DNA of 64,000 nucleotides from Malacoraja senta (taxonomy: Eukaryota). The position numbers were made by a program, and so were the translations under genes. Location: the NCBI GenBank assembly GCA_038087875.1, contig CM075990.1:13642001-13706000 (forward strand), in the 5' to 3' direction. Of this stretch, positions 25,615-40,069 are shown piece by piece; position 1 is the stretch's first letter, and every line of letters begins with the position of its first letter. Below the pieces are notes generated by a model that was not told the origin of the DNA, did no database searches, and worked only from the letters and a program-made list of their open reading frames with translations.

Positions 25615-26464
25615 TAACAGTCGTGTGGAGTGGAAAATTGCACATCTAACTCCACCATTTGTGAATGATAAGAATGAATGAATGAATTAATAAGTTTATT
25701 GGCCAAGCATGTACACATACAAGGAATTTGCCTTGAGAAAGGGAAATAAGAGAAATAAAGACCGCTTTGCATGTTATTGTGCTATTCACTAGATTCTGTG
25801 GTTAGAAATAATTAAACACCTTGGAAATGATTGGTAAAAGATAGCTGAGATATGTAAAGGAATGTCACACCGGACAATATATTGTTCAGGTAGTTGATAA
25901 TGTAATATTTCATAATACTTTTTCTGTGGATTTCCAGGAAGCTCATGATGAAGTTAACTGAAAGTGAAGCTCATGGATCAGAAGAAACATTATTAGATAG
26001 GCTAAGCAACCAGCAGAACAGCAGGGGACAGGTATAGGATGATGGGTAGGTACTTTATTTGAAAGGATGTAATTACTGGTGTCCCATAGCAATCTCTGCA
26101 GGTGTTTAACTATTTATGAAACTTATTAATGATATTGACTTGATGACAGTATCAAAATCTGCATCACGTAATGAAAGATGGCAGTGCAGACAGAGGCTTG
26201 CAATTAGGAAGTGATATTAATAGATTATGCATATTAATTTTGGTGTGGCTAAATATGTGTTCATATATTTTGAACATAAAAGCAATAGAACATAATGCTC
26301 TTTCAACGATGGAAGACTGGAAGTTGTGAAGGTCTTAAGCACCCAGGGCAGTCCAGGTGGTGGTGGGTCACCATGCATACTTAGACTGTTTTTAAAACCT
26401 AACCAGGCGGTGGGATCTGGAGCAATAAAACTCTAATTTCCAAAACCAGTAATAGAAGGAGGTT

Positions 26465-27450
26465 TCGAGAACCAGGGGTCATCGTTTAAGAATAAGTGGT
26501 AGGCCATTTAGGACTGAGATGAGGAAAAACTTTCAACCAGGGAGTTGTGAATCTGTGGAATTATTTGCCACAGAAGGCAGTGAAGGCCAATTCACTGAAT
26601 GTTTTCAATAGAGAGTTAAGGGCCTGTCCCACTTGGCTGTCATTTGCGCCTCATTTACGCGTCATATGTAAAATAGGTCGACGCGTGGGTGACGCACGCA
26701 TTGCACATGGTGAGGCGTGGAATCGCATGCAGTGGCGCGCGGTATCGCGTGGCTCTCCAGGATTTCGTAGTGTAATGAAATCCTCGCGCGCCACCTGCGT
26801 GACGTATCGCGTACGCATGCTGACGCATTGGCTACGTACGGTGACATATTGGCATCGCACGTTGTATCGCGTGGTGACGCATGGTTACATCACCGTGCGT
26901 CAACGTCCGTAAACATGCGACGCCGCGCCCCGCCCATACGCAGTCGGCCCGCCTTTTATGTGTCATGTAACCTCTAACCTCGTCCACATAGACCTCTTCC
27001 TAGGTTTCTTGCTCGCCTTTCTTGTTGTACTCCTGCCTGGCTGATCTGTCAGTATGAGGGCTGCTGCTAACAGACGTCTCTGTTGTTGCTGTAGCAATAA
27101 AATCTGTAGTTCTTCCATGATGGTCATGATGCAGAATAGGGAAGCACGGTATTCTAATGACGTCACGCGCACCAGACGGCTGTGCTGACGCATGATGACG
27201 CGTGATTTGCGCACGACGTCACGTGTCACGACGCGTCGACCTATTTTACATATGACGCGTAAATGAGGTGCAAATGACAGCCAAGTGGGACAGGCCCTTT
27301 AGATTTAGCTCTGAGGATTAACGGAATCAAGGGATATGGGGAAAAAGCAGGAATGGGTTACTGATTTTGGATGGTCAGCCATGATCATATTGAATGGCGG
27401 TGCTGGCTCGAAGGGCCAAATGGCCATCTCCTGCACATATTCTCCATGTT
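26465..27450 (+). mobile_element. CR1-like LINE 3' fragment interrupted by a Harbinger element
   Basis: Removing 26619-27301 restores agagagttagatttagctct and the CR1 tail. Confidence 0.8.
26619..27298 (-). mobile_element. non-autonomous PIF/Harbinger deletion derivative
   Basis: TTA TSD (26616-26618, 27299-27301), 68-bp TIRs with one mismatch, internal minus-strand peptide resembling a Harbinger transposase N-terminus. Confidence 0.88.
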
Positions 27451-27956
27451 TATTTGTTTCAACGAGAGTGAAATGCATTGGGGTTGGGGTGAGAATGGCA
27501 GGCTTGGATGGCACAGAGGTTTTTTATATATAATAAGGGGACAGGTATATGGAAAGCCCAGCAGAGATGAACAGTTCTGGATAGATTTATGAAGCGCGCA
27601 CATTTTGTGTTGAGAAGGTTTGAGCAGGGTGGGACTATTCCTTAGGTCAGGCTGCATCTATGGAGGGAATACAAAGTAAACCTCTCAGATTAATGACCTT
27701 CAGCAGAACTGATACAGTTTGAAAACCTTTAGATATTTCTCTCTCCACAGGTACTGTATGACTTGTTGATTATCTTCATCACATTTGGACTTTATTTCAG
27801 ATTTCCGGCATCTGCTGTTTTATTTTACTTTTGAATTAGTTGAAGTTTAAAAACAGATTTAAGCTAAATATATAAAAGAATGAATGGACTATGAATGAAA
27901 GGAGCGGGCGGGAAGGACATTTCTTTCAGCAGAAGATTAATCAGGATTTAGTGTTC

Positions 27957-28233
27957 ATGTGTAGGAAGGAACTACAGATGCTGGTTTAAACCAAAGATAA
28001 ACACAAAATGCTGGAGTAACTCAGTGGGACAGGCAGCATCTCTAGAGAGAAGGAATGGGTGACGTTTCAGGTTGAGACCCTTCTTCACCAAGAAGGTTAA
28101 AGGTCTGAAGAAGGGTCTCGACCCAAAACGTCACCCATTCCTCCTCTCCAGAGATGCTGCCTGTCCTGCTGAGTTACTCCAGCTTTTTGTATCCATCTTC
28201 GGTTTAGACCAGCATCTGCAGTTCCTTCATACA
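27957..28233. mobile_element. full inverted dimer of the hammerhead-family repeat
   Basis: Two ~130-bp arms meeting at their ribozyme ends across a ~12-bp spacer. Confidence 0.85.
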
Positions 28234-31200
28234 CATGAATCACATTCCTGTGGGTATGGAATTTCATAAAGCTCTAATCAAGGTGGAATCTCTAGGCTTC
28301 CTTCCTGAAGTCACGTTAGTGAATCAGAGGAGAAGGTTTATGGATCACCAGCGGATATGTGTAGTTAATTACTTGAATTTAAATTTCCCATCTGCTATGA
28401 TGGGATTTGAACTAATTTCTCTGAAACATTAGTCGAGGCCTCTGTATTATTGGAGTGGTAACATAATCACTCTGCTACTGTCCCCCGGATGACAGCACTT
28501 CAAACATCTGAAGCAATTTGAGTGTTTTGAGACATAGAACAAGGGAAATACAACATCTGCTTACTCCTGAATACACAGGATCTGTTGAGACCTTGGGGGT
28601 ACCTCCAAGTTGACGTGCATTAATCTGGACCGCACAAGAAACAAGTCATCCATCCTCCATTGATTCATATGACTAATGTGAATGAAAAGTAGAATTAAAA
28701 ATAGGCTGTAACTCAGCTTGAAGCTGAGTGAAATGAAATGGTCAGATGAGTCACCCGGGAGGGAATTCCAACATTTTCTTAAGTTTGTAAATTGCTTTCT
28801 TATTGTTAATGACTTTACTGATATGTGATCAGGATATTATTAAGGATTTTTAAAACTAGAAATACATATATACGCTAATTTTCCTTTCAAAAAATTGTGA
28901 TGATTATATGTGTTTTAAATCTATCAATACTATGGAAAGACAGCTGAACCCCATAATTATCATAACACTCTCTAGTTGGTTCAGTGAATATATTGATCTC
29001 TTATACATTAACCAGCTGAATCTATTCTACTCCCTCTCCCAGCAAGATTGCTGTTGTATTATCACACACGTGAGTCCCCCAAGGCTATGGCAGAGGTCGG
29101 CTTTGTTAAAGTTCATCAAGACAGAGGAGTTTGCCATTTGCTCATTGACAGGACCACAATGTGGTCACTTTGCCTGTTTAAGAAATATCCTGATGACACA
29201 ATTTGAAGTCAATTCCCCTTTTCCTCCAGTTGCCAATCTTCAGGGCTATCCTGTCTATCCTTTCACCTCTCCTGATCCTTCAGATAAAGTAACTTGTAGT
29301 GGACAATAAATCTATTCAAATTCATACCAAAGTCTAAAACTCCAGATTAGCACCTTGGTTCTACTGCATTGTCAGTGGTGAGTTGATTAGAAATTATATT
29401 AACCTCACATTAGTTCCAATGCTTCATTTTCTTTTGTCCAGCTGAAGGAACGGTTGTGATTGTTTCTTTAAAGTATATTCTAAAGATGGAGCCTCTCCTT
29501 TCTAGTCCAAGGCTATCCTGTCTGCGATGCAGGAGTTGAAAACTAATATCCAGGACACTGCTCCAAGCAACCCTGTGGCAAAGCCAAAGGTGACTTAAAT
29601 ACTTAACTGATTTGCTTGGCATATTTCACTTTTTCAGAGATGTGGGAAGGGACTGTTTCATCCTTTGAAACATCCATTCAGTAACAAAAATTCCTTTCTT
29701 TTTTCAATTGGCTCAAAAGATGTTACACGTGAAGATGGACTTGCCGGATGAATAATGATGGGAGTTTGCAGGTAGGGTTGTTGAAGGTAAGAAGTCTTGG
29801 GATGCCATCCACTTAGAATTAGCAGTTGAAACTCAACTCTAACAACATCTGATGCACATCTATCGTACCTCCAAATGCTGATTCGATGGAAGATAAAGCG
29901 AAACATGGCTAATTATATTGCTGACTGTTTCACTGGTCACAGACACCCAGAATCCACTTAATATTGGAGTTAGGATAGACACACAGTTCCTAGCGTATAG
30001 CCACTCTCCCTCACAACAAACCTCTAATCAGATTACAAATCAAGGAAAAAGTAGCCTGCTTTATACGTTCCTGAAATAGTACAAGAAGTTCAACAATTCA
30101 TTGACATCTATGTATGAGTACGTAGAGATATGTGATCCACCTGTTATGGTATATGATCTTTTCTCAGATGTTCTCTTTTACTGAAGAAACTGATTCCAGT
30201 TGGGATGTCAATTTATTTTTTGACTACCCTTGCTATCTCTCAGATGATCATTTGGAGTGAAGGTTGACAATAGAAATGTCACCATAGAAGGCATTGTATG
30301 TGAGTCCAACCTACCCATTCACCTCCTGTTGCATGGTTCAGTCACATTAGTACCAATGTAATTTCTCACAGTGGCCTCTTGACCAAGTGCAGGATAAGGA
30401 TTGGTCCTGAACCCATCAAGACCACATCAGATAGTCCAAGAGAAAGCTGCCTCCCACCTGTAGCAACATGGACCTTTAAAGTAACGTTTAGTCACAGTTG
30501 AGTTAACTGTGTGAACAATAGCTTGAGGTTAATCTGGCAGTATCACTGTTCCAGAATCTGTTCCCTGCATTCCCTGCTGAAAGATCTGGTCTTTTCCACT
30601 GGTATTACCACATCTTTTTTTAATTCCTTGCAAAAATTCTACAATTCAAAATTGGAGGAGGGAGTTGAGGCAGATACTTTATGAAACATTTAGACAGGTA
30701 CATTGATAGGACAGGTTTAGAGAGATATGGGCCAAACACAGGCAGGTGGGACAAGTGTAGATGGGACATGTTGGCTGGTGTGGGCAAGTTGAGTTGAAGA
30801 GCCTGTTTCCATGTGTAAGATTCTATGACTATGACTCTATAAAATGGTGAGCCATTGGGTGACAGGGAAGGCCCTCGTGCAATGTAATGCTGTCACATGG
30901 CTGCATCAAAGCCAAACCCACCCATCAATTACCAACGGAAACTTGCTGAGCAATGCCTGCAAACCTAGCCAGCTTGAATATCCCTGATACTAAGAAACCT
31001 ACAAAAATCAATTTAGATACAAAGACAATACAATTTGAAAACTACATCAAATGTTTAAAAACTTCAAAACTGTTTAAACAATAAAAAAAAGAAGCGACTA
31101 ATTAATAACATGTAAATAATCTTACACTTGCTCTTGTCCCTCAAACCTGTTTCTCTCCTTTCAAATAAAGAGATTTGCGAAGGCATTGCAGCACACGTGC

Positions 31201-31318
31201 CTTGCCTGAGGATTTCATGGGCAGTCCGACTGCAGAATACAAGCTGGGAATTGCCAGTGCTGCATTTGCATGGCCACCTGGACTTCCTCATGCTTGTGGG
31301 GACTCATGCTTGTGGGAA

Positions 31319-31840
31319 TCTCTAACTTCTACAGGTGCACAGTAGAGAGCATGCTGACCGGTTGCATCGTGGCTTGGTTCGGCAACTTGAGTGCCCTGGA
31401 GAAGAAAAGACTACAAAAAGTCATAAACACTGCCCAGTCCATCATCGGCTCTGACCTTCCATCCATCAAGGGAATTTATCGCAGTCGCTGCCTCAAAAAG
31501 GCTAGCAGTATCATCAAAGACCCACACCATCCTGGCCACACACTCATCTCCCTGCTACCTTCAGGTAGAAGGTACAGGAGCCTGAAGACTGCAACGACCA
31601 GGTTCAGGAATAGCTACTTCCCCACAGCCATCAGGCTATTAAACCTGTCTCGGACAAAACTCTGATCATTAATAACCCATTATATGTTATTTGCACTTTA
31701 TCAGTTTATTTATATAATGGTATATGGACACAAAGATCTGTTTTGTAGTAAATGCCTACTTTGTTCTGTGTGCTGAAGGCAAAGCAAGAATCTCATTGTC
31801 CTATCAGGGACACATGACAATAAACTCACTTGAACTTGAA
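31319..31840 (+). mobile_element. Rex1/Babar-like LINE 3' fragment
   Basis: Peptide NFYRCTVESMLTGCIVAWFGN...PSGRRYRSLKTATTRFRNSYFPTAIRLLN, tail gacaataaactcacttgaacttgaa. Confidence 0.85.
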
Positions 31841-34117
31841 CTTTGCTAACAGATTGGGCTGGAAAGACCAGCATCTCACAGCAAATTCTGTCCCACTATG
31901 TACCACAATGAAACAACTCAATGACAGTGAGTTTTACTTCAAGATGCTCTTGTGTATAATGTCCCTCTCGGTGATACTAAATACGACTGATTTTTATGGT
32001 TTGTCAATATTTGAAGATGCAAGCTCTTTCTATCATTGCAATGATAAACAATATTCTCTCAGACAAGCTCAACACATTTGTTCTGCACTTTGGTGTAAAC
32101 TTGGTGCAGTGAAGAGGTGTGTCAGAGAGCTGCAGTGATATTCAAATTCCAAGTATATAGTAAAACCAAATATTAGTGAACTATGTGTAATGATAGAACT
32201 CTGGCACCAGCCCTCTTTTTAGAAATCAATGTCTGCAGCCATTAAGGGCCATTTTGATGGCAATTGTGAAGTAATTACCCTCAGTTCCCTTCCAACCATT
32301 AAAACTACCAACTGTCTTTAAAAATTGATAGTCAAATTGCCACCAGCAGTATATTACAATATTGTAATTAGCAACTTGCATTCCCTGGCACTCTCTGGAG
32401 CAGATCTGTGAGGGCTGGTGATTTGCCTGAGGTCACCAGTTAAACTCTGGAGGAGAGTACCCTGTTTTCTCCACACTGCTCCCAGGCACAACTTCAGAAT
32501 ATGTGTCTGATTCCAAGATCATCAGCAAAATGTAGAGCCTTTCTGCTGTAGGTAGCCATTCCCATGGCAGAATGGCTTTTGAGAGCCAGTGAGGTATAGC
32601 CTCCAGGTTCACTTGCTATTGACGTTTGAAAATTCTATCAGTAGATTTTTGGATGTTAAGAGATTCAAGGGAGATGCAGTTGATGCCAGAAAGTAGCACG
32701 GAGGTAAAAGGAAGCCACCAATGAATACACTGGTGGAACAGACACAGAGATCCAATGATCTATCCTGCTATTTCTTGCATCCTTGTGTTCTTAAATAATG
32801 AGCAGCATTTCAGAGAAGATACTGTAAAATATTTCTTACACTGCTTTTTGCCTGCCTTGAATACATTCCCCAGAATATTTGACATTTTCAGTGATTGCCT
32901 TGAAATAGTCATTTGTATCTGTAATGTTTTGATGGTTATTACATTTTTTTTCTGCTTAATTAATCAAGTTATCTAGCTCTGACAACGTTCTCAGGCCTGA
33001 AATGTTACCTGTTTCTTTTTCCACAGATGCTGCTCGACCTCCTGAGTTTTTAAAGCAATTTCTTTTTTTTCTAATTGAGATTTCGAAACCCTCAGGGCTT
33101 TTCAAGTTACCTAATATGGGATCACCTCATACAAAGTGTTAAAAGTGATAATCAGAGCCAAACCTTGGATAGACTGAGCCCATGCTCAGACACCTGGGAC
33201 ACGGCCGTATAGAGATTGAGTCCGCAGCTTTATGAATATACTTTTATGAATATACTTCCTACTCTGTTTTAACAGTAGACCCAGTCTGATGTAATCAGCA
33301 CATTTTGACTTGTGCATCAATTCCCAAATCAAAGTTACTTACGAGGGAAGATACCAAGTGCTGGAGTAACTTAGTGGGTGAGGCATCTCAGACGCTGAGT
33401 TACTGCCTGACCTACTGAGCTACTCCAGAATGTTGTGTCTTTTTTTGTAAACCAGCATCTGCAGTTCCTTGTTTCTACATCTCACAAAGAAAACTTGGGA
33501 TGATCTCCAACCACAACAGATAAGCTGCTGGAGGGAGAAGATGGCCCATCATTTACTGAGCTACACAGTCGGAGTAATTGCAAATATTTTAGCCACGGAA
33601 GATAGAAAGGAAATCTCTCCTGAGTAAATGAGCCCAGGTTAAACAAAAACAACCTTTTAATTCATCCATCCCTCCATACCTAAACCCTTTCAAAAGGTGT
33701 TGACATTTTTGCATCAACTACAGTTAGCACGAGAGTGTTGAAAAGGTCACCAGTTATATGATATTTAGCTACAGATACATCACGTGCTGCTTAAATGGGG
33801 CGAATGGTTAATGGCCTTTAGGATTAGTAACTGCAAGCACTTCTCAAACATATCACTGAAACTATTCAAACAAATTTTATTACAAATCTTATGAAATGTC
33901 AGGAATATAGAACAAATGGAAACAGGCATTTATATTTAAGAATTCTTGTCAAAATATTGCTGGCTGTTAACTACATATCCACAGGTTGAACTCTTTCTCT
34001 CAATCTTCTCATCTCCCCCACTTTTATTGGTGACACAAGGAACTACAGATGCTGAAAGCACAAAGTGCCAGAGTAACTCAGTGGGTCAGGTAGCATTTGT
34101 GGAGGAAATGGATAGGC

Positions 34118-34457
34118 TATCTCCCTACTCATCTCCCTACTACCTTCAGGTAGAAGGTACAGGAGCCTGAAGACTGCAACGACCAGGTTCAGGAATAGCT
34201 ACTTCCCCACAGCCATCAGGCTATTAAACCTGGCTCGGACAAAACTCTCAACTTTAATAGCCCATTAACTGTTATTTGCACTTTATCAGTTTATTTATTC
34301 ATGTGTGTATATACAGTATTTATAGAATGGTATATGTATACACTGATCTGTTTTGTAGTCAATGCCTACTATGTTCTGTTGTGCTGAAGCAAAGCAAGAA
34401 TTTCATTGTCCTATCAGGGACAAATGACAATAAACTCACTTGAACTTGAACTTGAAC
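34118..34457 (+). mobile_element. Rex1/Babar-like 3' fragment inserted into a hammerhead-family repeat
   Basis: Near-identical to 31545-31840. The host repeat (34035-34117) resumes at 34458. Confidence 0.85.
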
Positions 34458-36072
34458 GAGGTTACGTTTTGGGTCAGGACCCTTCTGCAGACTGAACTTG
34501 CTGAATTACTCTGGCACTTTGTGTTTTGCCACTACTATTTATTCTTTCACACTATGGTCTTTCCATCTCGTTGTTCCCTTTTCTCCACAATGATCCAATA
34601 AAACTTCCTGAAAACAGGATGAAGCTCATGTCCAGTCCCATTTTGGGCAATCGCCCTTGCCTATGTTTATCCTTTAAATAGCACATTTCACTTCTCTGAG
34701 ATTTAGGCTGATGTTTATTATTGTCACGTGTACTGAGGTACAGTGAAAAGCTTTGTTGTGTATGCTACCAATCAGATCAGATTATACTACACAAAAATAC
34801 AATCAAGTCAAACTCAAGTACAATAGGTAAAGCAAAGGGGAAGGCACAGTGTGCAGAATAGAGGTCTCAGCATTGTAGCACACCAGTTCCATAGACAAAG
34901 TCCAATGTCCACAATGGGGTAGAGGTGAAATGGACAGTACCCTAGCTTATGGAAGGTCTAGTCAGAAGCCTGATAACAGAGATAACTGATAACAGTCCTC
35001 CTCTGACCCTTTTTATTCTCCAGCCAAACTCATGTTGTGTTCATCTTTTTGCCTCTGTTGATGGCACTCCTGCCGTGAGAACTTTGCTTGTTGAAGGGCT
35101 GCTCTACGACCAAGATAAACTATCAAGGATAATTCTCCAGTTCAGGATTGAGGGAGTACTGTCCCATCAGAGTTGACATCTTTCAAGTGAGATATTAAAT
35201 CAAGATACAATATGATTTGCTTTGAAACTCTGTAATGGTGTTGGAAGAAATCTGGAAGTCCTTGGTGCCTTCTAGCCTTGGTCTTTCCCTGTTGATCAAC
35301 CAATTACTGTTACTCAATGACATCTTCCACGTGTCTTGGGTTAGACCTCACTTACATAAATTTATCAATCTACCCCTTTGATTCAAGCTAACTTATTCCA
35401 CATTCCCAGTGTTCTCTGCTCCTAGGAGATTGCTTAACAGCACATTTGTATTCACATTTTATTCATTCTATTTAATCTTTATTCTTCATTCACTCTGATC
35501 TATCATTAAGAGTTATTCACTTAACCCCAGACCTTTGTAATTTTTTGCTGAAACCACTTTAGCTTGACACATTCTGTAAAGGAACCCTTACACAACATTT
35601 TCAATCACTCTATCAGTCTTACTGACCCCAAATCTACATCTCGTTCACTTTATGTTTGGCATCCATCTCAGCTACACTAAAAAGCTTTGGTGGGTTCTTC
35701 TAATGGATAAAAACAGCGAAGTATACAGTGAATGCTGGAAATGCCCAGCAAGTCAGGAAGCATCTGTAGGAAGAGAAAAAGATCAAAGTTTCAGGAGAGC
35801 AAAAATGTGAGATTTAAGTTGCAGAGAAGGTGGGAAGAAGATGGATAGGACAAAGAGGACATCTTTACCAGTTCTGATGAAAGGTCTTGGCCTGAATTGG
35901 TAATCCTGCGTCTATTTCTACAAATGCTGCCTCATCTACTGAGTGTTTCCAGCATGGTGTTTTTTTTTTAAATTTCAGATGTCCGGCATTTGTAGCTTGT
36001 TAATGTTTACCCTTGAATTCTATTCATAACCTCATCACTTGCTTTACTAACCAGAGCTAGCAATAAGATGTG

Positions 36073-36278
36073 GAAGAAGGAACTGCAGATGCTGGTTTAA
36101 ACCAAAGATAGACACAAAAAGCTGGAGTAACTCAGTAGGACCTGCAGCATCTCTGGAGTGATGGAATGGGTGACGTTTCGGGTCTGAAGAAGGGTCTCGG
36201 CCCAAAACATCACCCATTCCTTCTCTCCAGAGATGCTGCCTGTGTGGCTGAGTTACTCCAGCTTTTTGTGTCTATCTT
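36073..36278. mobile_element. fold-back hammerhead-family insertion
   Basis: Inverted arms joined within the core, 16-bp TSD ctagcaata(a/c)gatgtg (36057-36072, 36279-36294). Confidence 0.85.
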
Positions 36279-36464
36279 CTAGCAATACGATGTGTTGAAC
36301 CATGATGCCTTTGTCTTGAGATGGAAGATCTCGACAAGGCAAGATGAGGATACACCCAGTTGTCAGCCTGGTAGTTTTATAATTGTGCATTTTATCAACC
36401 AGTTGCTATCATGTACTGACCCTGGTTAAACCTGAGTGAATGAGAGAGACCATCTCACTCTCCT

Positions 36465-37037
36465 GGGAATTATGTTCAAAGCAGCAAATCAGCAATTGCC
36501 TTTTAATATCCAGGGGTTGTTCCAACGGAGAGAAAGCAAACACAACCTGAGAGGAACCTATATATTCGAAAAACCGGCAATAAGAACTAATGCAAAACTC
36601 CATTGTGTTACAGCAAAGGGTGTTAGTCTCTGGAATAACTGCCATGATGAGCTGAAAAAATGTAAGACTCTATTCAAACTAAAAACACTCTTCAGAAACA
36701 AAAGATTGAATGGTTATGAGCTGGACCAGTGATTTTCTTTTCTGTTTGGTTATTTCTTGTTTGTGGACTGTTCAACAGATTTGGGGTCCATTTGTTCCCA
36801 TTATTTTATTTTTCCATGAAAATGTATAGAAAATAAGAGGTGGTAGGACCAGAAAAGTTTTTGAACTTCTTCTTACCCCTTTTGAACATGAACGATATTA
36901 TTTGTATTATTTTAGTTACTTATTTGTTTGTTTTCCTTTGTGTTTTATTTTCTTTTTTATTGCTTATAAGTTTATTTGTGTTTGTATATTTTTTTTAACA
37001 TGTTCAATAAAATAATTTAATTTAAAAAAATAAAAAA
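36465..37037 (+). mobile_element. L2/Crack-type LINE 3' fragment (sister family)
   Basis: Peptide MFKAANQQLPFNIQGLFQRRE..NLRG...GVSLWN aligns with the C-terminus of ORF 38051-39829. AATAAA and A-rich tail. Confidence 0.85.
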
Positions 37038-40000
37038 TTTGGGAGAGTGAAGTTTTTCTTAGCCTTTAGTTTTAATTCATGTCTCATTTACATTGCAGGG
37101 TTCACCACAGCAACCTATCTTCCTATTGCAGACATCTAGATGGGAAATGGATTTTACGACCTTGGTGTAATTAAGATTTTAGGCTCCATTCAATCATCTT
37201 CTTGTGGTACATGGGGAATCCACTGCAGACAATTGCAGAAACATTGTAGAAATCTACCTGGAAAAAAAGAAAAATGTAATTGTAAGTTGTGTATACAGAG
37301 CACCTGGTTCCAATATTGAAATATTTAAGAATAGTATGGAAAGATTGTTTGCCAAGAAAGATCACAGAGTTGTGTTCATTTGTGGGGATTTTAATTTAGA
37401 TCTCTTAAATCCCAACAAGCACAAACAGACTGATGAATTTATCGATGTATTGTTCAGTATGAGTTTTTTTCCACTTATCACCAAACCAAGTAGAATAACA
37501 TCTCACTGTGCAACTCTAATAGACAACATATTTACAAACAGTATGGACAACAGCATAAAGAGTGGGTTACTACTAAATGACATCAGTGACCATCTGCCGG
37601 TTTTTGTAATGTTTGTTTGTGATTATGTTAAGTGTAAGGATGTTAATAAGATTAGATACAGGAGAGTAAGAACAGAAGAATCTATAAATAAATTTAGAAA
37701 TGTATTACTGACCCAAAATTGGAAACAGGTGTTTAAAGAGATTGATACCAACAAACCGTATGAAACATTCCTGATAATATTTAAATCATTATATGATGAA
37801 CACTGTCCTTTGAAACAACACAACAAGAAGCAAAAATATATAGATAGGCCATGGATGACAAAAGAACTACAAAATGCATGCAAAAAAAAGAATATCTTGT
37901 ATAAAGAATTCATAAAATTCAGAACTATAGAAGCAGAAAGTAAATACAAAAGATATAAAAACAAATTGACTAGTATTATGAGGACATGCAAGAAAGATTA
38001 TTATAATAAAATATTAAACGATAATAAAAATAATATCAAGGGCATATGGAATGTTAAATAATATTATCAGGAATGGATCAATGAATATAAACTACCCTCA
38101 GTATTTTGAAGACAATGATACAACTGTAAGCAATATGAATGATGTGGTTAATGGGTTTAACAATTTTTTTGTAAGTGTGGGACCAAAACTGGCAGAAGAA
38201 ATCGATAATCCACAGTCAGAAGAAGGAGAGGGGAAGGTTGTGGATTTGTTAGACAGCAACCCAAACTCAATGTTTTTGAAAGCAGCTGATGAAAAGGAGA
38301 TTATTGACATTGTTAGTAATTGTAAGAATAAAAGGTCTACAGACTGGAATGACATTGATATGGTTTTAATCAAGGTAGTCATTGGTGTGATGGTAAAACC
38401 CTTAACTTATATTTGCAATTTATCTTTCAAAACTGGTGTATTTCCATGTAAAATGAAAACTGCCAAAGTCATCCCACTATACAAAGCTGGAGACAGAAAT
38501 CAATTTACAAATTACAGGCTGGTGTCGTTACTCTCTCAGTTCTCAAAAATATTGTATGTAAGTAGATTAGATAACTTTATCGAGAAGCACGAATTGCTAG
38601 TTGATAGTCAATATGGATTCAGGTCAAACAGATCGACATCCATGGCATTAATAGAGTTAATTGAAGACATTACCAGTTCTATAGATAACAAGAAATATGC
38701 AGTGGGTGTATTTATAGATTTAAAAAAAGCATTCGATACAATTGATCATCATTTGCTAATCAAAAAACTGGAAAAGTATGGAATCAGAGGGGTTGTACTA
38801 GAGTGGATGAGAAGCTACATAAGTAAAAGACATCAGTTTGTGCAAATAGGGGACTGCAAATCAACATGCTTAGAAATAACTTGTGGAGTCCCACAGGGGT
38901 CGGTTTTGGGCCCCAAATTATTTATTTTGTATATTAATGATATATGTAGGGTGTCAAACCTCTTGAAATTTGTGTTATTTGCAGATGACACTAATATTTT
39001 CTGTGATGGGGACAATTTGCAGCAGCTTTTGGAGGTGCTCACAGCAGAAATGAGTAAACTAAAAACATGGTTTGATTTGAATAAATTATCATTAAATTTA
39101 AACAAAACCAAACTTATGCTGTTTGGAAAACGTAAAATAAATACACAAGTAAAAGTAATGATAAATAATGTTGAAATAGAAAGAGTGTATGAAAATAAAT
39201 TTCTGGGTGTGATTCTTGATCACAAAATCTGCTGGAAACCCCATATAAAACATGTGAGAGCAAATGTTGCACGGAGTATTGGAGTGATGGGGAAAGCAAG
39301 GCATGTTTTGAATGAGAGAGCACTGTATATTCTGTACAGCTCACTTGTGTTACCGTATTTAAATTACTGTGTGGAAGTATGGGGCAACACCTACAAAACC
39401 ACCTTACAATCACTAAGCACACTACAAAAAAGAGCTATTCGTATAGTAAACAATGTAGGATATCATGAACACACCAATATACTGTATTTACAATTACACA
39501 CCTTAAAGATTAAGGATCTGGTAGAATTTAAGACTGCACAAATAATTTATAAAGCAAAAAATAAACTGCTACCTGTAAACATACAAAAACTGTTCAGAGA
39601 CAGAGAGGGGGGTTATAACTTTAGAGGGAAACTAAACTTGAAACAGCATTATGCTCGGACCAATTTAAAAAGTATGTGTATTTCTATTTGTGGGGTGGTT
39701 TTGTGGAATGGTCTTGATGAAACGATTAAACAAAGTATGAATATAATGCAATTTAACAAAATGTACAAAAGATATATCTTTGAAAAGTACAGTAATGAGG
39801 AAGGAGAATGTAAATCTCACAGATGTTAATGGTGCTTGTTCTTTTTGTTCTTTTCTTTTTTTGTTCTTTCTTTTTTTGTTCTTTTTATCTTAATAGCTTG
39901 ATTGGAGTTGTTTTATTTGAATTGTCTGTTTAGTTTATTTTATTGAATTTTGCATTTGTTAATGGTGAAGAATGGGGGTAGGACTTGACAAGCATAGGCT

Positions 40001-40069
40001 TCTTCCTATCCCTTTTCGAACGAGTCTAATGTGTATTATGTTGAAATTGGCTTTTGATTTTTAAATTTA

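Noticed and set aside
25282..25617. TTAA TSD suggesting piggyBac or Kolobok
   Set aside because: Related elements, notably the one splitting a CR1 at 26619, show a 3-bp TWA duplication, which favours Harbinger.
38040..38065. Programmed frameshift between the two LINE ORFs
   Set aside because: No slippery heptamer. APE and RT are normally one ORF, so a small inactivating indel or sequence error is more likely.
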